Assembly (NCBI RefSeq): GCF_000009705.1
Contig: NC_003276.1
Location: 1 to 32,000 of the forward strand
DNA length: 32,000 bases
Direction of reading: 5' to 3'
DNA from: Nostoc sp. PCC 7120 = FACHB-418
GTDB taxonomy: Bacteria; Cyanobacteriota; Cyanobacteriia; Cyanobacteriales; Nostocaceae
A model generated the notes under the pieces. That model ran no database searches. It had not been told where the DNA came from and worked only from the letters and a program-made list of their open reading frames with translations. Shown piece by piece: positions 8,304 through 16,908 of this stretch. Each line of letters opens with the position of its first letter. Within the stretch, counting starts at the first letter, position 1. The translations under genes were made by a program, and so were the position numbers.

Positions 8304-9284
8304 TTAGTTTTGAATGAGAGAATCTGCGATTGCTTCGGAAATGGGATAATTTAAATCTCGCTCTAACATTCCCCATTCCCCTGTAGGATTAATTTCTAAA
8401 AAAACATATTCTTCTAATGGGGTAACGATGAAATCAAACGCGCCAAATGTCAAACCCAACCGCGCCATAAATTGATCAAGGTGCTGAATAATCTCCTTTG
8501 GTAATTCGTAAGGCTGCCATGTACAAGACTCTTGGTTAGCACGTCGCCAATCTTGGGTAGATGCTTCATAACTAGAAGCGTCTAAAGCTCCCACAAATAA
8601 ATTGCCATTGACATATACTGCTCGTAATTCCTGCTGTTTGGGAATTTGCGCTTGAAAAACCATTGGACAGTAGCGCAGAGTCTCAGCATCTAGCAAGTCC
8701 TCTTCTTTAACGGTGCTGGTGTACATGAAAAAAGATGAGCCTTCCATGCTGTAAGAAAGGGGTTTTAACAGTTTGGTGATCATTTTGCCGTTGACTTGCT
8801 CAAAAAATTCTCTGGCTTCTTTGGGGTTATTAGTCACTAAAGTTGGAGGAATCACCAAACCAACTTCAGCAGCTACTCTCAGTTGATATAACTTATTTTC
8901 AGCTGCATTTATCTTCTGTAAATCATCCACCCAATGAGCGTGTCTGAGGCTGTCCCAAAAGCCATCCCACACAGCTAAAGATTCTTTAGTACAAGCATCT
9001 CGATATTGCGGAGCTAATTCTGGACTCAAATGCGGTTGCCAAAGTCGCCGCATCCATACAGCTTGTACTTGCTCAGTATTTAAGGTTATGTCTCCATACT
9101 CAATCTGATGATGAGAGTTTGATTGATGGAAATAAGCTTGAATTTTAACCGTCATGGGAAACTTATCAGTATCGAGGCGAAACGACTGGACATTTCTCCT
9201 GGATAAAGCTGCGGCAACTCTATCAATTGTGAAATAATCACCACTATGAGTAATTAATAAAACTACATCACGCTGTAAAGGCAT
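8304..9284 (-). CDS. mdnB: Microviridin-type ATP-grasp macrocyclase, MdnB/MvdC-like (omega-amide ligase by gene order)
   Basis: Starts at the internal ATG (MPLQRDVVLLITHSGDYFTIDRVAAALSRRNVQSFRLDTDKFP...). Other matching stretches are AENKLYQLRVAAEVGL, YCPMVFQAQI and FGAFDFIVTPLEEYVFLEINPTGEWGMLE. It is a paralogue of the downstream ligase and sits directly after the precursor gene. Confidence 0.8.
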   Translation of the reverse strand: MPLQRDVVLLITHSGDYFTIDRVAAALSRRNVQSFRLDTDKFPMTVKIQAYFHQSNSHHQIEYGDITLNTEQVQAVWMRRLWQPHLSPELAPQYRDACTKESLAVWDGFWDSLRHAHWVDDLQKINAAENKLYQLRVAAEVGLVIPPTLVTNNPKEAREFFEQVNGKMITKLLKPLSYSMEGSSFFMYTSTVKEEDLLDAETLRYCPMVFQAQIPKQQELRAVYVNGNLFVGALDASSYEASTQDWRRANQESCTWQPYELPKEIIQHLDQFMARLGLTFGAFDFIVTPLEEYVFLEINPTGEWGMLERDLNYPISEAIADSLIQN

Positions 9285-9324
9285 AAAATATTTTTCTGGA
9301 TGTCTGCAACACAAACTCGTTAAT

Positions 9325-9355
9325 TATTAATAAACCAACCCTTTGAAGGGGTTGG
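9325..9355 (-). terminator. Hairpin plus T-rich tail between precursor and ligase genes (possible attenuator)
   Basis: On the minus strand: CCAACCC-cttcaaa-GGGTTGG (7-bp stem, 9335-9355) followed by TTTATTAATAA. It lies 74 nt after the precursor stop codon and upstream of the mdnB-like start. Confidence 0.45.
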
Positions 9356-9428
9356 CGACAATCAGTATATTCATTTATTGACAAAATTTTCCCAGTTCAA
9401 AACTTTATTTACTCAAAATTAGCTATTT

Positions 9429-9731
9429 CTAACCAACTGGTTGATCATCGTCATCAGATGGAAATTTCAGAGTAACAATTTCGCCACCACCATTGTCTTC
9501 ATTATCAGAAGGATACTTCAGAGTGACAGCAATGTCTTCATCACGAAGTTTCCCGGTTACACCATTACCATCTTCACAATCAGAAGGATACTTTCTTGTT
9601 TGCCCTCTTTTTCCACCACTAACTGCTTCTGATTCTTCATCTGTCAGGTCTTCACAGTTTTGACCTTCTAAGAAGCGGGCAAAAAAGGGAACTGCTTGTG
9701 CGTTCAAATCTTCTTGTCTATTCTCTGGCAT
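9429..9731 (-). CDS. mdnA: Microviridin-family precursor peptide with three core repeats
   Basis: 100 aa from the internal ATG: MPENRQEDLNAQAVPFFARFLEGQNCEDLTDEESEAVSGGKRGQ-TRKYPSDCED-GNGVTGKLRDEDIAV-TLKYPSDNED-NGGGEIV-TLKFPSDDDD-QPVG. It has the PFFARFL leader motif (9669-9689). The three TxK[YF]PSDx[ED][ED] cores lie at 9570-9599, 9495-9524 and 9444-9473. Confidence 0.9.
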   Translation of the reverse strand: MPENRQEDLNAQAVPFFARFLEGQNCEDLTDEESEAVSGGKRGQTRKYPSDCEDGNGVTGKLRDEDIAVTLKYPSDNEDNGGGEIVTLKFPSDDDDQPVG

Positions 9732-9974
9732 AAATATTCTCCTAAGACAAAAATAAGTGACAATCAATTAACATCTTTAAACCAGGGTATTACATAATGT
9801 TTAACTAGACAAGTTTTTAATTTCTCTTAAATAGTAGTTAACTTTTTCCATGCCCATATACATACAAAAAATTTATCAAAAAAACTAATATTAGTTACGG
9901 TTTAAGTATTACTTAGATAATGTTAAGTTTTATTAAAAAAATATTTTGTTTTGAACTTAGTTAATCCCAAAAGC
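9732..9974. promoter_or_regulatory. AT-rich divergent intergenic region (presumed promoters of the precursor operon and the exporter gene)
   Basis: A 243-bp AT-rich spacer lies between divergent start codons (9731 minus, 9975 plus). No specific -10/-35 elements were assigned. Confidence 0.35.
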
Positions 9975-12119
9975 ATGAAATATCAGATTGTTTTGCAACA
10001 CAGTGAAGAAGACTGCGGCGCAGCGTGTATTGCCACTATTGCCAAATATTATAAACGGGACTTTGCGATCGCTCGTGTCCGGGAAGCTGTGGGTACAGGC
10101 GCACAAGGGACAACTCTGGTAGGTTTAAGACGCGGTGCAGAAAGTCTAGGATTTCATGCACGGCAAGTAAAAGCAACGCCACAATTAATTAATCAACTCC
10201 AGGAAGCACCTCTGCCTGCGATTATTCATTGGAAAGGTTACCACTGGGTAGTATTGTATGGTCAAAAAGGGAAAAAATATGTAATTGCAGATCCTGGCGT
10301 TGGTATTCGCTACATCAACCGCGAGGAATTAGCCACAGGCTGGGCAAATTGCATTATGTTATTGCTAGTCCCAGATGAAATTCGCTTTTATCAACAAGAA
10401 TCAGATAAAATTAAGGGCTTCAGTCATTTTTTAGCCAGAGTCATACCTTATCGCCACATTTTAACGGAAGCATTTTTAATTAACTTAGCAATGGGAATAT
10501 TGTCCCTAGCTTCCCCTTTTTTGATTCAAATTTTGACTGATGACGTATTAGTTAGAGGTGATATACAGCTACTAACTACAGTGGGAATTGGGGTAATGGC
10601 AATGAATATTTTTAGTAGTAGCTTAAAACTCATCCAATCTAACTTAATTGCCCATTTTGCTCAACGTTTAGAATTAGGCTTAACTTTAGAATTTGGTAGA
10701 CAAATTTTGCGTCTACCTTTAACCTACTACGAAGCTCACCGGAGTGGAGAAATTGTGAGTCGTTTGCGGGATATTGAACAAATAAATCAACTTGTATCAC
10801 AAGTCGTTATTAGCTTTCCTAGTCAAATTTTAATTGCCATAATTTCCCTAGCATTTATGTTGATTTACAGTTTCAAATTACTAGGTGTGGCAGTATTAAT
10901 GGCATTTATTATGTCATTATCTACAATAATTTTTCTGCCGACATTACAGCGCAAAGTTCGTGATGTTATTGTCACTCAAGCCGAAAATCAAGGTATGTTA
11001 ATTGAAACTTTTAAGGGGATACTAACATTGAAAACTAGCAACACAGCGCCGCAAGCTTGGGAAGAAATTCAACAGCGTTTTGGCCATCTGGCAAATTTGA
11101 GTTTTAGCACTGTGCAAATTGGTATTATCAATAATGTATTTTCTGGCTTGGTTTATGGATTTAGTAATTTGGCTGTACTATGGTTTGGGAGCAGTTTAGT
11201 AATTAATCAAGAATTAAGTATTGGTCAATTGTTAGCCTTTAATGCGATGAATGCTAATTTTAATGGTTTAATTACTACCGTAATTGGTTTTGTAGATGAA
11301 TTTGCTAGAGTTAAAACTGCCACCCAACGGGTAACGGAAGTTATTGATAGTACCCCTGAAGATCAAAATGAACAAGCTAAACCTTGGGCGAATCTTCCTG
11401 AAAATACAGATATTATCTGCTCTCAAATTAATTTTCACCACATAGGTAGAGCCAACTTACTTACAGATTTTTCTGTAACTATTCCTGGGGGGGAAGTTAC
11501 AGCATTAATTGGTAAATCTGGTTGTGGTAAAAGCACTTTAGCAAAACTTATAGCTGGATTATATCCGTTACAATCAGGTAATATTCGTTTCGGAATTTAT
11601 AACCATCATGATTTATCTTTAGAATGTCGGCGACAGCAAATAATATTAGTCCCTCAAGAAGCCCATTTTTGGAGTCGTTCAATTTTTGATAACTTCCGCT
11701 TTAGTTATCCTGATGTTACTTTTGAACAAATTGTCAAAGCTTGTCAAATTGCTGGTGCAGATGAATTTATTAATGAATTACCGGATGGCTACCAAACTGT
11801 ATTAGGGGAATTTGGGGTAAATATTTCCGGTGGGCAAAAACAAAGATTAGCTTTAGCCAGAGCTATTGTGACCGAACCACCAATTTTAATTTTAGATGAA
11901 TCGACTAGTGCCTTAGACCCAGTATTAGAAGCCCAAGTATTAGATAAATTGTTATTTCATCGGCAAGGTAAAACGACTATTATTATTAGCCATCGTTCCC
12001 GTGTCATTTTACGTGCAGATTTGATTGTTTATTTAGATAAAGGGCATTTAAAACTACAAGGTACTCTAGACCAAATACAAGTTATTTCAGGAGAACACTT
12101 AGATTTTTTAAACCCTTGA
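9975..12119 (+). CDS. Peptidase-containing ABC transporter (C39 double-glycine peptidase plus ABC exporter)
   Basis: The N-terminal C39 domain has a catalytic Cys (QHSEEDCGAACIATIAKYY), His (YHWVVLYG) and Asp (VIADPG). Six TM helices follow, then Walker A GKSGCGKST, signature ISGGQKQRLALARA, Walker B ILILDEST and H-loop IIISHR. The ATG at 9975 is preferred over the TTG at 9951. Confidence 0.9.
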   Translation: MKYQIVLQHSEEDCGAACIATIAKYYKRDFAIARVREAVGTGAQGTTLVGLRRGAESLGFHARQVKATPQLINQLQEAPLPAIIHWKGYHWVVLYGQKGKKYVIADPGVGIRYINREELATGWANCIMLLLVPDEIRFYQQESDKIKGFSHFLARVIPYRHILTEAFLINLAMGILSLASPFLIQILTDDVLVRGDIQLLTTVGIGVMAMNIFSSSLKLIQSNLIAHFAQRLELGLTLEFGRQILRLPLTYYEAHRSGEIVSRLRDIEQINQLVSQVVISFPSQILIAIISLAFMLIYSFKLLGVAVLMAFIMSLSTIIFLPTLQRKVRDVIVTQAENQGMLIETFKGILTLKTSNTAPQAWEEIQQRFGHLANLSFSTVQIGIINNVFSGLVYGFSNLAVLWFGSSLVINQELSIGQLLAFNAMNANFNGLITTVIGFVDEFARVKTATQRVTEVIDSTPEDQNEQAKPWANLPENTDIICSQINFHHIGRANLLTDFSVTIPGGEVTALIGKSGCGKSTLAKLIAGLYPLQSGNIRFGIYNHHDLSLECRRQQIILVPQEAHFWSRSIFDNFRFSYPDVTFEQIVKACQIAGADEFINELPDGYQTVLGEFGVNISGGQKQRLALARAIVTEPPILILDESTSALDPVLEAQVLDKLLFHRQGKTTIIISHRSRVILRADLIVYLDKGHLKLQGTLDQIQVISGEHLDFLNP

Positions 12120-12277
12120 TTAGTATTTGTAATATGCACATGGCGAAATTGTTGAAATGTTGCGCTTGCGTGGCAAATAGATCGGAAGTACCATACTGTT
12201 TACCCAGAGTTTTGACAAACAAAAAGCTGCTGCCATTGCTGATCTAAGCTCAGACAAGTTCAATCTGCAAACAACTT

Positions 12278-12790
12278 GTGATTAACCTACGCCCCGCCAC
12301 TCTAGCCGATTTGAATTTGTTGCGACATTGGGATGAGCAACCTCATGTGATTGCTTCAGATCCCAATGATGACTGGGGTTGGGAGGTAGAACTTGCTCGT
12401 TCTCCCGATTGGAGAGAGCAATTGATTGTGGAAATTGATAGTCGTCCTATCGGATTTATCCAGATCATCGATCCAGCACAAGAGGATAGCCATTACTGGG
12501 GTGATGTTGGGGAGAATCTTCGTGCCATTGATATTTGGATTGGTGAAGAGACTGATTTGGGTAAAGGCTATGGAACGCAAATGATGCGGCTTGCACTTGC
12601 TCGATGTTTTGCTGATCCACTTGTGACAGCTATACTTGTTGATCCACTAGCCAGCAATACCCGTGTTCATCGCTTTTATGAACGCCTTGGCTTCAAATTC
12701 ATCGAGCATCGCTGTTTCGGTGACGATGAGTGCTTTGTTTATCGCCTAAACCGAGAAGATTGGCACTGCAAAAGTGAAGTGTATGTCTAG
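12278..12790 (+). CDS. GNAT-family N-acetyltransferase (AAC(6')-Ib / Acetyltransf_8-like)
   Basis: The 170-aa ORF has a GTG start and reads IDIWIGEETDLGKGYGTQMMRLALARCFADPLVTAILVDPLASNTRVHRFYERLGFKF. It resembles the GIDQ..LGKGLGT...DP..SN.RAIRCYEKAGF pattern of AAC(6')-Ib-type GNATs, recalled from memory. It follows the exporter gene. Confidence 0.8.
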   Translation: MINLRPATLADLNLLRHWDEQPHVIASDPNDDWGWEVELARSPDWREQLIVEIDSRPIGFIQIIDPAQEDSHYWGDVGENLRAIDIWIGEETDLGKGYGTQMMRLALARCFADPLVTAILVDPLASNTRVHRFYERLGFKFIEHRCFGDDECFVYRLNREDWHCKSEVYV

Positions 12791-12947
12791 ATCAATTTCT
12801 TGCGCTCGTTGAATGGGCAGTTGATTTTCCCAATCATCCAGCGCGATCGCTTGATGTAATGTTATCGAAAAATTGGGTTTAATACCATTTCACGAAAAAC
12901 ATGATACAAACGTAAACCCTAAAAGTCTTGCTGAATCTAGGTTTTTT

Positions 12948-12974
12948 AATTGCGAATTGCGAATTGTGAATTGG
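12948..12974. repeat. Tandem heptamer repeat (AATTGCG AATTGCG AATTGTG AATTGG)
   Basis: Read directly. The complementary unit family (CAATTCG-like) recurs at 26394-26421. Confidence 0.8.
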
Positions 12975-13032
12975 TATGACGGTTAGGCTGATGTAGCCTT
13001 TGAGAAAAATTTAGGTTCACCAAACTCAAAGG

Positions 13033-13800
13033 TTATTGCTGGGAGTTCGGCACTAAGTAAAATGTATCTAAATTTGCCTCTGGTGAATAATGCTTTCTAG
13101 CTAAAAGCTGTGCAACCATCTCTGCACGAGACGAAACTTTAAGCTTACGAAACATTCGCTTTAAAGCTTGCTTGACGGAATTTTCAGTAATCCAAAGCTG
13201 ATGCCCAATTTCTGCGTTAGTTAGCCCCAAAGCAACCAACTGAGCAATTTGTAACTCACGAGGTGTTAAGTGTTGGCGTAGCCCGCCGCAGGCATCGCTT
13301 TGAAAAGGATAGTGGTGCGACTTTGCTGTGGCAGTAGATTGTGAATCAACTGTTGCAGCCCAAACAGATAGGTGCAAGCAAATAGAACTCAAATCGGTGA
13401 GATTTTGTGTATCAAAGGCAGGCATTGATTTTTCACGGGTGCAACCTACTACGCCGACTATTTGATTGCGGTTAATGATCGGCCCCGCCATAACGTGCCA
13501 ATGATCTTGGCGGGGACAAATGACTTTCCAAGCCTTTGGTGACATCACTAATGCTTCATGGACAGGCGCATGACGTTCTACCAAATAATGCGCTATGGGA
13601 TTGTGTTCAATGGATAATGCAATTTTGAGAATTTTCTGAAGATTTTTATCAGCAGCTAAGGATAATTGCTCAAAGAAAAAGATGGAATATCGTTTTGCCC
13701 CAAAATACTCCCCAATTTGTGGCACAACTTGTAATCGTAGTTCATGCTCACTAGGGGCTTGGTTGATGGTTTCAAAAATCAGCTTTAGGGGAATTGTCAT
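13033..13800 (-). CDS. LuxR-family transcriptional regulator with N-terminal GAF-like sensor domain
   Basis: The C-terminal HTH is LTPRELQIAQLVALGLTNAEIGHQLWITENSVKQALKRMFRKLKVSSRAEMV, the LuxR/FixJ type. The roughly 170-aa N-terminal domain has a GAF-like pattern (..INRNQIVGVVGCTRE..). Confidence 0.85.
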   Translation of the reverse strand: MTIPLKLIFETINQAPSEHELRLQVVPQIGEYFGAKRYSIFFFEQLSLAADKNLQKILKIALSIEHNPIAHYLVERHAPVHEALVMSPKAWKVICPRQDHWHVMAGPIINRNQIVGVVGCTREKSMPAFDTQNLTDLSSICLHLSVWAATVDSQSTATAKSHHYPFQSDACGGLRQHLTPRELQIAQLVALGLTNAEIGHQLWITENSVKQALKRMFRKLKVSSRAEMVAQLLARKHYSPEANLDTFYLVPNSQQ

Positions 13801-13979
13801 GAGTAAAGTTGACTCAAGTGTACTCTTTCGAGGTCTAGGAGCATCGCAGCACAGAGACTATATTAACTTTAATCTCAATTCGATTTTGAGATAAGAAGCA
13901 ATCAAGAAATTCTACACGCATTGTATAGCAAGCTTTATGCTTTACCCATCAGCAGAATGAAAAAATTTAAGAGGAACCA

Positions 13980-14408
13980 ATGAGACAAGACGCAATCTTT
14001 AGTCCCTTTTTTGCATCAATGTTTTTAACACTCTTGGTCTGGGTGTATATGTACATTCGTCGTATTAGTTTCATCACAAGTAGAAAACTTAAACCCCAAG
14101 ACCTAGCTGTACCTAATACACTGGCACAAATTTCACCCCCAAGTGTATCTAATCCATCTGATAATCTGAAAAACCTGTTTGAGATTCCGGTACTTTTTTA
14201 TGCGCTTTTACTTTATTTGTTTATCACGCAGCAGGTGGATACAGTCTATGTGAATGCTGCGTGGATTTTCGTTTTGTTTCGTGTCTTGCATAGTGTGGTT
14301 CATTGCATATTCAATCTCGTTATACTTCGGTTCTATCTTTACCTATTTGCAACGCTGGCAGTGTGGTTTATCGCGTTCCGTGCAGCTTTTATTCACTTTA
14401 GTATATAA
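13980..14408 (+). CDS. MAPEG-family-like small membrane protein
   Basis: The 142-aa ORF has about four hydrophobic helices. It carries NLFEIPVLFY and FVLFRVLHSVVH motifs, which resemble MAPEG family conservation as recalled from memory. Confidence 0.55.
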   Translation: MRQDAIFSPFFASMFLTLLVWVYMYIRRISFITSRKLKPQDLAVPNTLAQISPPSVSNPSDNLKNLFEIPVLFYALLLYLFITQQVDTVYVNAAWIFVLFRVLHSVVHCIFNLVILRFYLYLFATLAVWFIAFRAAFIHFSI

Positions 14409-14490
14409 AGGAACTACCCAATAGCTATTAAATCAGTGAGGTATGCCAAATCTTAACCAAAGATGATGGCGATCGCAGGGGGAAAGCCCT

Positions 14491-14670
14491 TTACAGTTTC
14501 TTGAAGTACCTAGCAACTGGGAACAACCCAAAACCCAGTTTTTCATAGGTACAACGTGCTGGTGCATGACCAGGATCACCTCCAGTTTCGACCATAGCAA
14601 TGGAAATTCCCGTCGCTTTCATCCAATTAAGAGCAAAGTTTATCAGAGCAGAACCTACGCCTTGACACAT
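14491..14670 (-). pseudogene. C-terminal remnant of a GNAT acetyltransferase
   Basis: A 59-codon ORF below the track cut-off: MCQGVGSALINFALNWMKATGISIAMVETGGDPGHAPARCTYEKLGFGLFPVARYFKKL. It starts inside the acetyl-CoA-binding Q/RxxGxG/A motif, and an in-frame TAA lies 8 codons upstream of the ATG. The N-terminal half of the domain is therefore missing. Confidence 0.5.
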
Positions 14671-14721
14671 AGTTTGATAAACTACTTCAAGTTAAAGACT
14701 GTTAGTACCGTTTTTCGATAG

Positions 14722-15603
14722 ATGCAAGTAGAAGAAATTTTAGCTCAACTAGAAATTAATACTAAAACTTTCCCCCGTTTAGCTTTAGAAGCAGCCATCG
14801 AGCAGAGAGAAGCTATTACACCTATATTAATATCAACTTTAGATAAGTTAAGTGAGAATCTTGAACAGCTATTAGAGAAAGAAGACTATATTTTACATAT
14901 TCATGCTTTATATTTACTAGCACAGTTTAGGGAAGAGTCAGCATACCCTACAATTATCAAGTTTTTTTCAGTTCCTGGTGATGTTGCATTAGATGTAACT
15001 GGAGATATAGTAACTGAGGATTTAGGTAGAATACTCGCTTGCGTTAGTGGCGGAAGGATTGAGCCGATAAAACAACTTATAGAAAATTCAAAAGCTAATG
15101 AATATGTAAGGGGTGCTGCATTAGAAGCATTATTAGTTTTAATAGCTCAAGAAGTTATTACTAGAGAACAGGTTATACAATATTATGCCAAGCTGTTTTC
15201 AACTTTAGATAAAGAAGATCATTATATCCAAACTACTTTAGTAACCAATAGCGCACAGCTTTGTGCAGTCGAACTGCAAGAACAAATAAATCGGGCTTTT
15301 GAGCAAAACTCAGTTGATTTGTTTTTTATTGACCAGGAAGATGTAAGCACTTATCTAGTAGTAGAAAAAGAAGAAGCTTTAAATAGGCTACGTAAAAATC
15401 CCAAGTATTCTTTTATTAAAGATGTGATCTTAGAGATGGAGAATTGGAGTTGTTTCCAGCCACAAGAGAAATATCCATCATATAATATTTTTATTCCAGA
15501 AGGATTTAGCCTTGGAGTATCCAAAAAATCTAAAAATAAAGATAGGAACAAGAAAAAAATGCAAAAGCAGTCTCGGAGAAAAAATCGTTCCAAGAAAAAG
15601 TAA
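14722..15603 (+). CDS. Hypothetical protein, DUF1186-like, with Lys/Arg-rich C-terminal tail
   Basis: A 293-aa ORF in clearly AT-rich sequence. The N-terminal pattern (EILAQLE...FPRLALEAAIEQREAITPILISTL...ILHIHALYLLAQFREESAYPTIIKFF) matches my recollection of DUF1186. The tail is KKSKNKDRNKKKMQKQSRRKNRSKKK. Confidence 0.55.
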   Translation: MQVEEILAQLEINTKTFPRLALEAAIEQREAITPILISTLDKLSENLEQLLEKEDYILHIHALYLLAQFREESAYPTIIKFFSVPGDVALDVTGDIVTEDLGRILACVSGGRIEPIKQLIENSKANEYVRGAALEALLVLIAQEVITREQVIQYYAKLFSTLDKEDHYIQTTLVTNSAQLCAVELQEQINRAFEQNSVDLFFIDQEDVSTYLVVEKEEALNRLRKNPKYSFIKDVILEMENWSCFQPQEKYPSYNIFIPEGFSLGVSKKSKNKDRNKKKMQKQSRRKNRSKKK

Positions 15604-15662
15604 ACTATCATTAATTTTAGAAGTAATTATCAAACAAAGTAAGTATTGAAGTATTTATAAAA

Positions 15663-16238
15663 ATGCTAATACAGTACATAAATAGAAAAGAACAGGTGTA
15701 TTATCTTCATCAAGGCACTACCAAAACTGGTAAGCCCAAGTATTTCTTCTCTATGAAAGCTGAAGGAAATATATTAGAAGCTATACCTGAAGGTTATGAA
15801 ATTTATGAAAATCCTAACGCTCAAGTTTTTCTACGAAAAATTCAACCTAAAATTATCACTGATGAAGAAAAAATGATTGTAGAGTCAGGGATGAAGAAAT
15901 TTTCTAGATTACAGGATTATCAAATAGACATAAAGCAAGAAATAATTACTATATATACACCTAATCAGAATGTTAATCTATTGTCAGAACTGTTTAGTTA
16001 CTCTTTAGGGGATAAATTAAAAGAAGCAGAAACTATACTTAAGCGTTCCATTTCTTATTCACCAATGCTTCAGTTTGTTTTAATTGATGAACCTAAACGG
16101 ATATTTATTACGCAAAGATATTGTTTTTTAGGAAGAATTGATGATTGGATTAACATAGGTGAGTCAAATAATCTTCAGGCTCTAGTACAAAAATATGTGA
16201 AGCATTTGGGGCAAGAGTCATTCTTTGAACTTCATTAG
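15663..16238 (+). CDS. Hypothetical protein
   Basis: A 191-aa ORF on the same strand, 60 nt after the previous gene. No motif was recognised. Confidence 0.55.
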   Translation: MLIQYINRKEQVYYLHQGTTKTGKPKYFFSMKAEGNILEAIPEGYEIYENPNAQVFLRKIQPKIITDEEKMIVESGMKKFSRLQDYQIDIKQEIITIYTPNQNVNLLSELFSYSLGDKLKEAETILKRSISYSPMLQFVLIDEPKRIFITQRYCFLGRIDDWINIGESNNLQALVQKYVKHLGQESFFELH

Positions 16239-16290
16239 AGTAATACTAGAATTTGAAAAACTATTTTATCAACAATTTTCTGTTAATTCC

Positions 16291-16749
16291 TTATTTTTCT
16301 TCACTAGGATACCAGCCTGCGGGAATGACTTCAAAATCCCAAACATCTTTGAATATATATATACGCCCTACCATTTCTGAGGGAGAAAGTAGATTTTTAT
16401 CACCTTCTCGCCAATCTTTTTTATCAACAGTTCCCATAACTACATAATTATTGCCTATGATTTTGGGATTATTTTGAATAAAGGCAGCAGCCATCAATGG
16501 TTCAATTTCTTGTTTCTTAGCGATGATTAAGTCACAGCTTGGGCAATATTTACACTGTTTGTTCAACAAAAATAACTGTTGTGGTTCAATGTGAATGACT
16601 AAAGGAAATTTACGAACTTTTGTTTTCGTTTCACATTTGGGACATTTAGTAAAAGCGCAATCTTTATAAGAGTTAAGAAAAAATCTGTGTCTTTGTTTTA
16701 GTTGTTTAAGGTTTGGGTTACTAGAATTGTTTTTCCGCTTTTGGTTCAT
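16291..16749 (-). CDS. Hypothetical zinc-ribbon protein
   Basis: A 152-aa ORF with a basic N-terminus and two CxxC pairs (CPKCETK ... CKYCPSCD). Confidence 0.55.
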   Translation of the reverse strand: MNQKRKNNSSNPNLKQLKQRHRFFLNSYKDCAFTKCPKCETKTKVRKFPLVIHIEPQQLFLLNKQCKYCPSCDLIIAKKQEIEPLMAAAFIQNNPKIIGNNYVVMGTVDKKDWREGDKNLLSPSEMVGRIYIFKDVWDFEVIPAGWYPSEEK

Positions 16750-16908
16750 TTGAATATGATCAATTAACTAAAACTTAATAGAATACGTATTGATAATGGT
16801 AATTAGATTAAATTTTAAATCTACTATGAGTATGGATTTAATTAATCACTTTCTTTATATAAATTTAACTTAATTACCCATGTTACATTTTTTAGCGAAT
16901 TAACAGCC

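Noticed and set aside
8293-8376. N-terminal extensions of the ATP-grasp and precursor ORFs in the track (8293-8376, 9285-9314, 9732-9767)
   Set aside because: The extensions overlap the preceding gene or add non-conserved, odd residues (MGNVRARFKLSHF..., MCCRHPEKYF, MIVTYFCLRRIF). Internal ATGs give the canonical N-termini (MNVLIITHS, MPLQRDVVLLITHS, MPENRQEDLN).
9441-9632. 63-aa plus-strand ORF
   Set aside because: It is antisense to the microviridin precursor gene, whose motifs are unambiguous.
12356-12580. Antisense ORFs inside real genes (12356-12580, 13682-13894, 15351-15611, 16253-16447, 16980-17213, 17463-17708, 31608-31790)
   Set aside because: Each overlaps a longer ORF with better motif support or coding appearance on the opposite strand or in another frame.
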